Shown piece after piece: positions 1-8,988 of a stretch of 60,162 bases of DNA (the stretch's first letter is position 1; each line of letters begins with the position of its first letter). Source of the stretch: Acidimicrobiaceae bacterium (GTDB taxonomy: Bacteria; Actinomycetota; Acidimicrobiia; Acidimicrobiales; Aldehydirespiratoraceae); assembly GCA_002729125.1 (NCBI GenBank), contig PBTQ01000011.1, positions 1-60,162 of the forward strand. The letters are read 5' to 3'. Made by a program: the position numbers and the translations under genes. The notes beneath the pieces are model-generated. The model saw nothing but the letters and a program-made list of their open reading frames with translations, searched no databases and was not told the origin of the DNA.

Positions 1-298
1 CCTCCTCCCATGGCGGGAGCTCGTCGGCCACCATGAACCGCTCACGGATGTCGTGCACGTGGGGCGACTGGTGGAGTCCGACCGACCCGCCCGCCGATCG
101 GAGTGACGCGGCGACGATACGGGCGACGGTGCCCTTGCCTGCGGTACCGACGACATGCACCGCCCGAACCCGGTCCTGTGGGTCGTCCAACCGAGCCAGC
201 AACTGCGCCGAGGCGAGCTGGGCCCGCACGCCACGAGGCGCGTCAGGCCGCACAAAGCCAAGGAGCCATTCCTCGACCGAGTCGGGATCGGGCGACAT
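1..298 (-). CDS. folC: Folylpolyglutamate synthase / dihydrofolate synthase, N-terminal part (gene runs off the window start)
   Basis: Own reverse-strand translation from ATG at 296-298: MSPDPDSVEEWLLGFVRPDAPRGVRAQLASAQLLARLDDPQDRVRAVHVVGTAGKGTVARIVAASLRSAGGSVGLHQSPHVHDIRERF... It carries the Mur-ligase/FolC P-loop GTxGKGT and an HxSPH motif. It is absent from the ORF track because no stop lies in the window. Confidence 0.8.
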   Translation of the reverse strand, partial: MSPDPDSVEEWLLGFVRPDAPRGVRAQLASAQLLARLDDPQDRVRAVHVVGTAGKGTVARIVAASLRSAGGSVGLHQSPHVHDIRERFMVADELPPWEE

Positions 299-439
299 CA
301 CTGCAAGACCACCCTTTCTGCTCCTTGCACACTGCGCTACCCTTGAATTCCGTCATACGGAACCGTTCCACCATACAGAACGGCCCTCGATGGTGGCTCG
401 TAGATCGCACTCGGTTCGAAGATGCAGGAGTAACGAACG

Positions 440-1645
440 ATGAAGGTGCTGCTCGCCGACGCTCTGCCCGACGCAGCGGTCGAACGACTCGAAGCCGCCG
501 GTGACGAGGTCACCCGCATGCCCGACCTCGACGCCGAGACCTTGCCGGAGCACATCGCCGACTTTGAGGTGTTGATCGTCCGCTCGACCAAGGTCACCGC
601 CGCTGCGCTCGACCAGGCCGACTCGCTCGGCCTCATCGTCCGGGCCGGGGCTGGAACCAACACGATCGACTGTGACCGAGCCGCTGAACTCGGCGTCTAT
701 GTGTGCAACGTGCCTGGCAAGAACGCACTTGCCGTCGCCGAGCTCACGATGGGGCTCCTCATCGCCATCGACCGCCATATCGCGACCGGCACCGCCGACC
801 TCCGGGCCGGAACCTGGAACAAAAAGGCGTACTCGAAGGCCGAGGGCCTCTTCGGCCGTCGCATGGGCATCATCGGTGTCGGCGACATCGGCATCGCAAC
901 GGCAGCCCGGGCAAGCGCATTCGGCATCGACGTCGTCGCCGTCGCCAAGCCCGGCCGCAGCGACCTCGCCGTCACCCGCGCCGAAGCAGCCGGGATCACG
1001 TTCGTCGACACGCTCGACGAGCTGCTCGCCACCAGCAACATCGTTTCGCTGCACGTGCCCGGCTCCGCCGACACCAAGGGCATGGTCGACATGGGGTTCC
1101 TCGCCAAGATGAGGGACGGCGCCTTACTGCTCAACACCAGTCGGGGCGACGTCGTCGACGAAGCGGCGCTGATCGCCGCCATGGACGACCGCGGCATGCG
1201 CGCCGGTCTCGACGTGTACGCGAACGAGCCCGGCTCCGGAACGGCCGAGTTCGACTCGACCCTCGCCAAGCACCCGAGTGTCGTCGGCACTCACCACGTA
1301 GGCGCCTCGACCAACCAAGCCCAGGCCGCCGTCGCCCACGGCACGATCGACACGGTTCAGGCGTACCGCGCCGGCGATCCGGTCAACTGTGTGAACCTCG
1401 ATCCGGTGCCGGTACGCGCAGCGACCCTCACGGTGCGTCATCACGATCGCGTCGGCGTGCTCGCCAACGTGCTTCAGATCCTTCGCAAGGAAGAGCTCAA
1501 CGTCTCGAACATGCAGAACCGGGTCTTCGCCGGATCGAAGGCCGCCGTCGCCTCGATCGACGTCGGGCATCTCCCCAGCGACAAAATCGTCGATGAGGTT
1601 CAGGCCCTTGAGGACGTCATCTACGTCTCCGTAACCCCCGCATGA
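440..1645 (+). CDS. serA: D-3-phosphoglycerate dehydrogenase (D-isomer 2-hydroxyacid dehydrogenase with C-terminal ACT domain)
   Basis: 401-aa ORF. NAD site GIIGVGDIG and a catalytic-region pattern (LHVPG...NTSRG...HHVGAST) are present. The C-terminal segment is ACT-like (LTVRHHDRVGVLANVLQILRKEELNVSNMQ). Confidence 0.88.
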   Translation: MKVLLADALPDAAVERLEAAGDEVTRMPDLDAETLPEHIADFEVLIVRSTKVTAAALDQADSLGLIVRAGAGTNTIDCDRAAELGVYVCNVPGKNALAVAELTMGLLIAIDRHIATGTADLRAGTWNKKAYSKAEGLFGRRMGIIGVGDIGIATAARASAFGIDVVAVAKPGRSDLAVTRAEAAGITFVDTLDELLATSNIVSLHVPGSADTKGMVDMGFLAKMRDGALLLNTSRGDVVDEAALIAAMDDRGMRAGLDVYANEPGSGTAEFDSTLAKHPSVVGTHHVGASTNQAQAAVAHGTIDTVQAYRAGDPVNCVNLDPVPVRAATLTVRHHDRVGVLANVLQILRKEELNVSNMQNRVFAGSKAAVASIDVGHLPSDKIVDEVQALEDVIYVSVTPA

Positions 1646-2886
1646 GCCGCGAACGGCTTTTCGGGCCTTTTGCTGGTTGGCTGATCCGGCCCGAGTGGGC
1701 GGCTCGTGTCATCGCCGGGGCCTACGACACCAAGAGCCCGGCCGAGCGCCGCGAGATCGTCTCCACCAATCCGTACAGCTACCTGGGCGTGACCCGATCA
1801 GCCGAGGACCTCGCACCGGGCGACGAAGCCGAGGAAGCCGAACTTCTTCGTCGCGGTGCCGGCACGCTGACCAACATCCTCGACGCCGACGCGTTCGCTC
1901 CGACCGACCACGCTGCGCTTTACGCCTACCGCCTTACCTACGCAGGCCACTCCCAACTGGGTGTTGTCGGGGCACTTGCCGTCGACGCATTCCGTGACGG
2001 ACGTGTCCTCACCCACGAAAACGTTCGCCCCAATCGGGCCAAGCTGCTCAGCGGCCATCTCCAGCAGGTGGGCGCCACCTCCTCACCGATCGCACTCACA
2101 CGCCGACCCGACCCAGCCGTTGCCGCAGTCCTCGCCGTCGCGACCGGACGTGAGCCGCAGGTCCACCACATCGTCGAAGAGGTCCTCCACGAGGTTTGGG
2201 TGCTCGACGAGCTCGAAAGCATCGCCATCGCCGAACTCCTCGCCGACGAACCGGTGTATGTCACCGATGGTCACCATCGCTCTGCGGCAGCAATCGCGGG
2301 CTCGATGGAGCGCGGCGAACCGGCCTTCCAGCGCACGCTCGCCGTGCTCTTCCCCTCCGATGCGCTGCGCGTCGAGGCGTTTCATCGTCGGATCCCCAAC
2401 ACCCTCGGCCGTGATCCGCACGCGCTCGAAGCACTGCTCGCCGATGTGGGTGATCTCACCGAAGTCGGCACGCTCGAGGAGGCCCGCCCCCAGCAGACTC
2501 GCGAAGTCGGCATCTACCACCAGGGCAATTGGTGGAAGCTCGTGCTGCCCGAGCCCGAGACCGACAGCCCAGTCGGCACGCTCGACGTCGAACTTCTCCG
2601 CACGAACGTAATCCGCGATCTGCTCGGCATCGACGAGCTCCAACCGGACTCGGGTGCCGATTATGTGCCGGCCCCAAACGGGATCGACGAAGTGGTGCGC
2701 CGCTGCGACGAGGACGGCTGCATCGGCTTTTTGATGTATGCGACGTCGATCGAAGAGCTGATGGCCGTCGCCGATGCCAACGAACTCATGCCCCCGAAGT
2801 CGAGCTATGTCGCGCCGAAGCCTCGCTCTGGAATCTTCCTCCGCGTGCTCGGCACTGGCGCGACCAGCCACCTCGAAGCGAGCTGA
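1642..2886 (+). CDS. DUF1015 family protein (function unknown)
   Basis: 414-aa ORF. The N-terminus (RLFGPFAGWLIRPEW...AGAYDT) and the YVTDGHHRSAAA motif are typical of DUF1015. Its ATG overlaps the serA stop (ATGA at 1642-1645). Confidence 0.8.
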   Translation: MSRERLFGPFAGWLIRPEWAARVIAGAYDTKSPAERREIVSTNPYSYLGVTRSAEDLAPGDEAEEAELLRRGAGTLTNILDADAFAPTDHAALYAYRLTYAGHSQLGVVGALAVDAFRDGRVLTHENVRPNRAKLLSGHLQQVGATSSPIALTRRPDPAVAAVLAVATGREPQVHHIVEEVLHEVWVLDELESIAIAELLADEPVYVTDGHHRSAAAIAGSMERGEPAFQRTLAVLFPSDALRVEAFHRRIPNTLGRDPHALEALLADVGDLTEVGTLEEARPQQTREVGIYHQGNWWKLVLPEPETDSPVGTLDVELLRTNVIRDLLGIDELQPDSGADYVPAPNGIDEVVRRCDEDGCIGFLMYATSIEELMAVADANELMPPKSSYVAPKPRSGIFLRVLGTGATSHLEAS

Positions 2887-2938
2887 ACGGGAACGTCGTC
2901 ATTTCCCGGCAACCGGGATCTCACAGACGATCACGGTG

Positions 2939-3823
2939 TTAGGCGAAGGCACCCTGCATACGCGCCGCGTTGAAGGTGTTCTCCATCAAGCAGCCGATGG
3001 TCATCGGGCCGGTACCCCCGGGCATCGGGGTGATAGCTCCAGCGACGGCCTGCACAGCGTCGAAGTCGACATCGCCCTGGATGCCGTCGGCGGTGCGGCT
3101 GATGCCCACGTCGAGGACAGCAGCGCCGGGCTTCACGAACTCCGCCGTGACGAGACCGGCCAGGCCCACTGCAGCGACGATGATGTCGGCCTCCCGGCAG
3201 ATCGCAGCAAGATCGCCCGAAAGGCTGTGGGCGAGCGTCGGCGTAGCATCGCAGCCCTTGCGGCCAAGCAGCAGAACCTGGGGCAACCCAACAAGCGTCG
3301 AGCGACCGATGACCACCGCCTTTTTGCCGGCTGTCTCGACGCCGTAGCGCTCCATCAGACGCATCACCCCAAGCGGCGTGCAGGGCACGTGACCGCGGCG
3401 ACCACGAAGGAGCCGGCCCATCGAGCGCTCGGTGAGGCCATCGACATCCTTCTCCGGCGGGAGCAGATCGAGAATCCGTTCAGCGTCGAGACCGTCGGGC
3501 AATGGCAACTGCACGAGGATGCCGTGCACCGCCGGGTCGTCGGCGAGGTCACGGACGGCCGCCTCCAGATCCGGCTGGCTGATGTCGCCGGGAAGCTCGA
3601 CGTGGCGCGACACCATGCCGGCCTCATCGGCCTTCTTGCGCTTGTTGCGGACATAGATCTGACTCGGCTTGTCGTCACCGACGAGCACCGTGGCAAGGCA
3701 CACGTGGGGGTTGCCGAGTGCCTCGATCCGGCCCTTCAAATCGACCACGAGTTCGTCGCGGAGTCGGTTGCCGTCCATGAGCACAGCACCACCCGGCGTG
3801 CGCTCCAGCTTCTCTTCAGCCAT
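2939..3823 (-). CDS. folD: Bifunctional 5,10-methylene-THF dehydrogenase / methenyl-THF cyclohydrolase
   Basis: Motifs LATVLVGDDKPSQIYVRNKRKKADEAG, HGILVQLPLP, VVIGRSTLVGLP and PMPGGTGPMTI. The ORF track extends to 3865. I trimmed to the internal ATG (MAEEKLE...) at 3823; either start is possible. Confidence 0.9.
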   Translation of the reverse strand: MAEEKLERTPGGAVLMDGNRLRDELVVDLKGRIEALGNPHVCLATVLVGDDKPSQIYVRNKRKKADEAGMVSRHVELPGDISQPDLEAAVRDLADDPAVHGILVQLPLPDGLDAERILDLLPPEKDVDGLTERSMGRLLRGRRGHVPCTPLGVMRLMERYGVETAGKKAVVIGRSTLVGLPQVLLLGRKGCDATPTLAHSLSGDLAAICREADIIVAAVGLAGLVTAEFVKPGAAVLDVGISRTADGIQGDVDFDAVQAVAGAITPMPGGTGPMTIGCLMENTFNAARMQGAFA

Positions 3824-3857
3824 TAACCAAAATCTACCCCGGAACACGTCCGCTGAG

Positions 3858-5105
3858 ATGGCCAAAAGCGACCACGCCCGATCGGGCGGCAGACGCAGGC
3901 GACGACGCCTATCGTCGCCCGTATGGGGGGGACCACTCGAAGGAATCAGGGTGCTCGATCTCAGTCAGGTGGTGGCTGGCCCGTTGGCCACCCAGATCCT
4001 GGCCGAGCAGGGGGCCGAGGTGATCAAGGTCGAACCGATCGGGGGCGAACTCACCCGCGTGACCGGGCCCGACCACATCCGGGGGCTTTACGCGAACTGC
4101 AACCGGGGCAAACGCTGTCTCGCCGTCGATCTTGCGACCCCGGACGGGGTCGAGATCGTGCTCGGCTTGGCGGAGCGCAGCGACGTCGTCGTGCAGAACT
4201 TCCGGCCAGGGGTGGTCGAACGGTTGGGCGTCGACTTCGACACCGTCGCTGTCCGCAACCCCGATGTCATCTACGGCTCGGTCTCTGGGTTCGGCACCGA
4301 TGGCCCCTACAGCCAGCGAGCCGTGCTCGATCCGGTGGTCCAGGGTCTCGTTGGCGTCGTGCATGGCCAAGTCAGCGAATCGCTTCCGTTTCCCGACCTG
4401 GTCCGCACCCTGGTCGCCGACAAGGCCACCGCCCACACGGTCGCTCAAACGATCACGGCCGCCCTCTTTGCCCGAGAGCGAGGGGCCGGGGGCCAACACA
4501 TCGAGCTGTCGATGCTCGACGCCACGCTCGCCTGGTTCTGGCCTGACGGCATGGCTGACCTCACCCATCACAAGGGTGAGATCGTGACCCACCGCCCGTG
4601 CGACCTATACCAACTCGTCGACACACTCGACGGACAACTCGTCTATTTTCTCGCCAGCCAGTCACAGTCGGAAGGCATGTGGAGGGCGCTCGGGCGCGAC
4701 GATCTCCTCGCCGACGAGAACTTTTGCAATCCGCGGCTCCTCACCCGTAACCGCGAAGCTGCCACCGAGGCGCAGGCCGCGATCCTGGCCGGGCTCGCCC
4801 GAATGACCACCGAGCAGGCGGTTGAGACTCTCGCCCAGCACAGCGTGCCCGCTGGGCCGGTACTGACTCGTGCGCAGGTGTTCGACGATCCGCAGGTGAT
4901 CCACAACGACCTCATCGTCGAGTGGAATCTCCCGAGCGGCGAGACCCTGCTTCAGGCGGGGCCACCGGGAAAGTTCTCGGCGACCCAACCCAAATTCCGC
5001 CCCTTCATAGGGGTCGTTGGGGAGCACACCGAGCAGATCCTGGCCGAACTGGGTCACGATGCCGCTGCGATCGCGAGTTTCCGGAAGGCCGGGGTCGTAA
5101 CCTGA
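3858..5105 (+). CDS. Family III CoA-transferase (CaiB/BaiF type)
   Basis: N-terminal signature LEGIRVLDLSQVVAGPLATQILAEQGAEVIKVEP ... GKRCLAVDL. The first ~63 codons of ORF 3669..5105 are antisense to folD, so the start is trimmed to ATG 3858. Confidence 0.85.
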   Translation: MAKSDHARSGGRRRRRRLSSPVWGGPLEGIRVLDLSQVVAGPLATQILAEQGAEVIKVEPIGGELTRVTGPDHIRGLYANCNRGKRCLAVDLATPDGVEIVLGLAERSDVVVQNFRPGVVERLGVDFDTVAVRNPDVIYGSVSGFGTDGPYSQRAVLDPVVQGLVGVVHGQVSESLPFPDLVRTLVADKATAHTVAQTITAALFARERGAGGQHIELSMLDATLAWFWPDGMADLTHHKGEIVTHRPCDLYQLVDTLDGQLVYFLASQSQSEGMWRALGRDDLLADENFCNPRLLTRNREAATEAQAAILAGLARMTTEQAVETLAQHSVPAGPVLTRAQVFDDPQVIHNDLIVEWNLPSGETLLQAGPPGKFSATQPKFRPFIGVVGEHTEQILAELGHDAAAIASFRKAGVVT

Positions 5106-5110
5106 CGGCC

Positions 5111-6724
5111 TTGTCTTACGATCTCTATCGCTGGCAACACGACGCCCTGATGGCCTGGCACCGATGCGGCCGCCGCGGGGTGATCGAGGCGGTCACCGGA
5201 TCGGGCAAGACCGACGTCGCCCTCACGGCGATCGACGATGCCGTGAGTCGCGGCTTATTCGCGCTGGTCATCGTGCCGTCGCGGGTCCTCATGGAACAGT
5301 GGTTCGGACGCCTCGGCCGGTGGATGCCCGATGCCGAGATCGGACGCCTGGGCGATGGCTTCCGCGACCGTCCGATCGACTGCGACGTCCTCATCACCAC
5401 CCGCCACTCAGCCGCCAGCCAGGTGCCACTTCCAACCTCGGACCGCGGCGGCATTCTCGTCGCCGACGAGTGCCACGGCTTCGGCGGTGCCGTACTCCGC
5501 AAGAGCCTGTTGCCCGAATACCAAGAGCGCCTCGGCCTCACCGCCACGCTCGAACGATCCGACGACGCCGTCGAGACAATCCTGTTGCCGTACTTCGGTG
5601 GCATCTGCTACCGCTACGACTTCGCCTCAGCGATCGCCGACGGCGTGTGCGCCCAGCCCCGCGTCGGCTTCATGGCGGTACCGCTAACCCATGAAGAGCG
5701 CACCCAATACGACGCCACCGAAGGACGTATCGTCGCCGCCCGTCGACAGCTCAAACAGATCAAGGGCATCCCCCACGAGCCATTTGGCGACTTCCTTGCT
5801 GCCGTCCACCACCTCGCCGCCAACGACGCTGGCCCCGACGGCCGGGCCGCCAACGACTACCTCAACGCGTTCTCGTCTCGTCGGGAAATCGTCGCGACGA
5901 GTTCGGCGAAGTACGAGGCGCTTGGCAAGTTCGCCGAGGCGATCAGATCCGCCGACGGTGCCCTGCTCTTCACCGAAACCGTCCGTGCCGCAAACCACGC
6001 GATCGTCCGTCTCGATCCGGTGGTCAATATTGAGATCATCACGGGCGACACCGGCCGCAGCGACCGCAGCATCATCCTCGAACAGTTGCGCGACGGAAAG
6101 CTTGATGCGGTGGCAGCCCCTCGGGTGCTCGACGAGGGGGTCGACGTTCCCAACGCAAACCTGGGGCTCGTTGTCTCGGCGAGCCGGACCCGCCGCCAGA
6201 TGATCCAGCGGATGGGTCGAATCCTGCGCCGCAAGCCGCTCGGTAGTGGCGCGCGTTTCGTCATTATCTTTGCCGCCGACACGCTGGAGGATCCCCAGTT
6301 CTCCGAGGATCGTGACGGCTTCTTGGAAGAGATCGAGGAGATCGCCGAATCATCTCGCATCTTCAAGCCGAACGAGTTCGATCACTTGGCCACCTTCCTC
6401 GACTATTCCGGGCCTGAGGTGCTCACCCAGCCCGAGACGGTGGGACCGTTCAAGCCGCCGGATCTGGCCCCCGACGAGATCACAGAGTGGACTGCGGAGG
6501 CCCAGCCGTACCTCGAGATGATCAGTCCGGAACTTCCCGAGATCACCAAGCCGAAGCAGGTGCGGGAGAAGCCTCGCCTGTCAACCGGTGAGCATCCGGT
6601 TGCACTGATTGCCGTCGGCACCCAATGGGCGTTGCGCTGTACCGGTTGTGAGGCGACGTCGAAGCCGCGGACCTATAAGTGGCAGGCGATGGACGATAAG
6701 GTCGAGTGCACCTGCGTGCGCTGA
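5111..6724 (+). CDS. Superfamily-2 DEAD/DEAH-type helicase (ResIII-like core) with C-terminal Cys-cluster extension
   Basis: Motif I AVTGSGKT, motif II VADECH, motif III LGLTATLER, motif VI QRMGRILRR. Start trimmed to TTG 5111, 5 nt after the upstream stop (CTG 5102 is an alternative). The tail ends ...LRCTGCEATSKPRTYKWQAMDDKVECTCVR. Confidence 0.8.
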   Translation: MSYDLYRWQHDALMAWHRCGRRGVIEAVTGSGKTDVALTAIDDAVSRGLFALVIVPSRVLMEQWFGRLGRWMPDAEIGRLGDGFRDRPIDCDVLITTRHSAASQVPLPTSDRGGILVADECHGFGGAVLRKSLLPEYQERLGLTATLERSDDAVETILLPYFGGICYRYDFASAIADGVCAQPRVGFMAVPLTHEERTQYDATEGRIVAARRQLKQIKGIPHEPFGDFLAAVHHLAANDAGPDGRAANDYLNAFSSRREIVATSSAKYEALGKFAEAIRSADGALLFTETVRAANHAIVRLDPVVNIEIITGDTGRSDRSIILEQLRDGKLDAVAAPRVLDEGVDVPNANLGLVVSASRTRRQMIQRMGRILRRKPLGSGARFVIIFAADTLEDPQFSEDRDGFLEEIEEIAESSRIFKPNEFDHLATFLDYSGPEVLTQPETVGPFKPPDLAPDEITEWTAEAQPYLEMISPELPEITKPKQVREKPRLSTGEHPVALIAVGTQWALRCTGCEATSKPRTYKWQAMDDKVECTCVR

Positions 6725-6781
6725 CCGAAGCGCAGCGACAGATGCGTGGGCTAGGCGATCCGTCCTAGGATCAGCCGCACC

Positions 6782-7210
6782 ATGGGGGCCTCACAGGAGA
6801 TCGCTGACGCAGCGGCTGCAGCAATGTTCGCTGAGGATCGCAACGCGCATGCGATGGGCATGATCGTGTCGGCGGTCGCCCCCGGGAGCGCCACGGTGGA
6901 GATGACGGTGCTCGAATCGATGGCCAACGGTCTCGATGTTTGTCACGGCGGCGTGGTGTTCGCACTCGCCGATACGGCGATGGCTTTTGCGTCCAATGCC
7001 CGAGGGGGCACTAACCTGGCGTCGAACGCCTCCATTGAGTGGCTTGCCCCAGCGGGGGGCGGCGATCGGTTAGTCGCCGAGGCGTCCGAGACCCATCACC
7101 AGGGCCGCACCGGGGTGTACGGCGTCGTGGTGTCGGGCCCCGATGGTGTCGTTGCGGTCTTTCACGGCAAGACGAAGCGCATCTCGGACGAAGGACCGGC
7201 CTCGCGATGA
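6782..7210 (+). CDS. paaI: Hydroxyphenylacetyl-CoA thioesterase (hotdog fold)
   Basis: 142-aa ORF with the PaaI/4HBT-type motif NGLDVCHGGVVFALADTAMAFA. It lies beside the paa operon. Confidence 0.82.
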   Translation: MGASQEIADAAAAAMFAEDRNAHAMGMIVSAVAPGSATVEMTVLESMANGLDVCHGGVVFALADTAMAFASNARGGTNLASNASIEWLAPAGGGDRLVAEASETHHQGRTGVYGVVVSGPDGVVAVFHGKTKRISDEGPASR

Positions 7211-7707
7211 GTGAGCGTCGCATCCGTGACCACGAGGTGGAGGACATCGCAGCCGAACGGATCGTTGAGCTCGGGCTGGATCCGCTGACGTTTCGGGCGA
7301 TGTTCGGCATCTTCCGGCTCGGTGGCCGAATGTTCAACGACCTTGAATCGACGATCCACAAGCCCGCTGGCTGGTCATTGGCGGGGTTCCGGGTGATGTT
7401 TCTGTTGTGGGTCGGCGGCCCGATGGAGTCCCACGAGATCGCTCGACTTGCGGGTTTGAGCAGGGCCGCGATCTCGAGCGCTGTCAATACGCTTGAGCGT
7501 GACGGGCTCGTCGACCGACGGCGTGAATCTGATGACCGCCGGGTCGTAACGGTCTATCTCACCGACGACGGTGCCGAGCGGCTCGAAGCCGCCTATCGGG
7601 CGCAGAACGCCCGGGAGGGTGTGCTCCTCGGCGGGTTGAATACCGATGAGCTCTCGACACTCACCGACTTGATGCGAAGAGTGTCGAGCACACGTATCGA
7701 CGACTGA
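7207..7707 (+). CDS. MarR family transcriptional regulator
   Basis: Winged-helix signature ISSAVNTLERDGLVDRRRESDDRRVVTVYLTDDGAERLE. Internal ATG 7207 overlaps the paaI stop (ATGA). The upstream part of ORF 7039..7707 is out of frame within paaI. Confidence 0.85.
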   Translation: MSERRIRDHEVEDIAAERIVELGLDPLTFRAMFGIFRLGGRMFNDLESTIHKPAGWSLAGFRVMFLLWVGGPMESHEIARLAGLSRAAISSAVNTLERDGLVDRRRESDDRRVVTVYLTDDGAERLEAAYRAQNAREGVLLGGLNTDELSTLTDLMRRVSSTRIDD

Positions 7708-8970
7708 TCAGACGACGCGCTGAGCCTTGCCCTGGCTGCGAGGCACGGCGAACGGCTCGGCGACCTTGACGGTAGCGGTGACCCCGATCATCGTCTTGAT
7801 GCGCTCACGAGCCTGAGCGGCCAGCGCAGCCCTGTCGGCAGCGGGGTCGAGCGCCTCGACCATGACCGTGAGCGTTGCCATCGCACCGTCGGTGCCCTTG
7901 TGCAGTTGGTAGTGGGCGGAGAGGCCGTCGACCTGCATGAGCTCAGCTTCGATCTGGCTCGGGTAGACGTTGACACCGCGGATGATCAACATGTCGTCGC
8001 TGCGGCCGGTGATCCGGGCGAGGCGCCGCATGGTGCGCGCCGTACCGGGCAACAGCGTGGTGATGTCGCGAGTGCGGTATCGGATGACGGGGAGCGCGTG
8101 CTTCGTGAGTGACGTGATGACGAGTTCGCCTTCTTCACCATCGGGCAGGACGTCGCCGGTCTCGGGATCGATGATCTCTGGGAAGAAATGGTCCTCCCAG
8201 ATGGTGAGGCCGTCCTTGGTCTCGACGCACTCCTGGGCGACGCCGGGGCCGATGACCTCAGAGAGGCCGTAGATGTCGACGGCATCGATCGCGAGCCGCT
8301 CTTCGATCTCGGTGCGCATGCCTTCGGTCCAGGGTTCGGCACCGAAGATGCCGACTTGGAGCGAGGTCGCGGCGGGATCGACACCGAGGCGCTCCATCTC
8401 CTCGATGAGGTTGAGACAGTACGACGGCGTGACCGTGATCAGGCGGGGTTGGAAGTCGGTGATGAGCTGGATCTGACGCTCGGTCTGGCCACCCCCGAAG
8501 GGCACGACGGTGCACCCCAGCTTCTCGCCGCCGTAGTGGGCACCGAGGCCGCCGGTGAACAGGCCGTAGCCGTAGGCGTTGTGGAGCAGGTCGCCGGGTC
8601 GACCCCCGGCGGCGAACAAAGAGCGCGCCATCACGATGGCCCAGGTGTCGATGTCGGCGGCGGTGTAGCCGACGACCGTCGGTTTGCCTGTCGTGCCCGA
8701 GGAGGCGTGGACCCGCACGAGATCCTCACGCGGCACGGCGAACATCCCGAACGGATACGCCTTGCGAAGGTCGTCCTTCACCAGGAACGGCAGCCGAGCG
8801 AGATCGTCGAGCGACGCGACATCGTCGGGATGCACGCTGGCGGCATCGAACGCCCGGGTGTAGTGGGCGATGTTGGCGTACGCGTTGTGAAGCGTGGACT
8901 GCAATCGCTCGGTTTGCAGGGTCCGGAGTTCGTCAATCGACGCCGTCTCGATGGGTTCGTAGCCGGCCAT
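7708..8970 (-). CDS. paaK: Phenylacetate-CoA ligase
   Basis: 420-aa ORF. PaaK-type N-terminus (IETASIDELRTLQTERL...LARLPFLVKDDLR) and AMP-binding motif VHASSGTTGKPTVVGYT. Confidence 0.92.
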   Translation of the reverse strand: MAGYEPIETASIDELRTLQTERLQSTLHNAYANIAHYTRAFDAASVHPDDVASLDDLARLPFLVKDDLRKAYPFGMFAVPREDLVRVHASSGTTGKPTVVGYTAADIDTWAIVMARSLFAAGGRPGDLLHNAYGYGLFTGGLGAHYGGEKLGCTVVPFGGGQTERQIQLITDFQPRLITVTPSYCLNLIEEMERLGVDPAATSLQVGIFGAEPWTEGMRTEIEERLAIDAVDIYGLSEVIGPGVAQECVETKDGLTIWEDHFFPEIIDPETGDVLPDGEEGELVITSLTKHALPVIRYRTRDITTLLPGTARTMRRLARITGRSDDMLIIRGVNVYPSQIEAELMQVDGLSAHYQLHKGTDGAMATLTVMVEALDPAADRAALAAQARERIKTMIGVTATVKVAEPFAVPRSQGKAQRVV

Positions 8971-8988
8971 GTCAGCTCCTGGGGTCGA

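Noticed and set aside
353-1596. Long ORFs overlapping serA (353..1054 minus, 697..1290 minus, 703..1596 plus, 672..1112 plus)
   Set aside because: These are Arg/Pro/Ser/Gly-rich translations typical of out-of-frame or antisense reading of high-GC coding DNA. serA, in the remaining frame, has clear family motifs.
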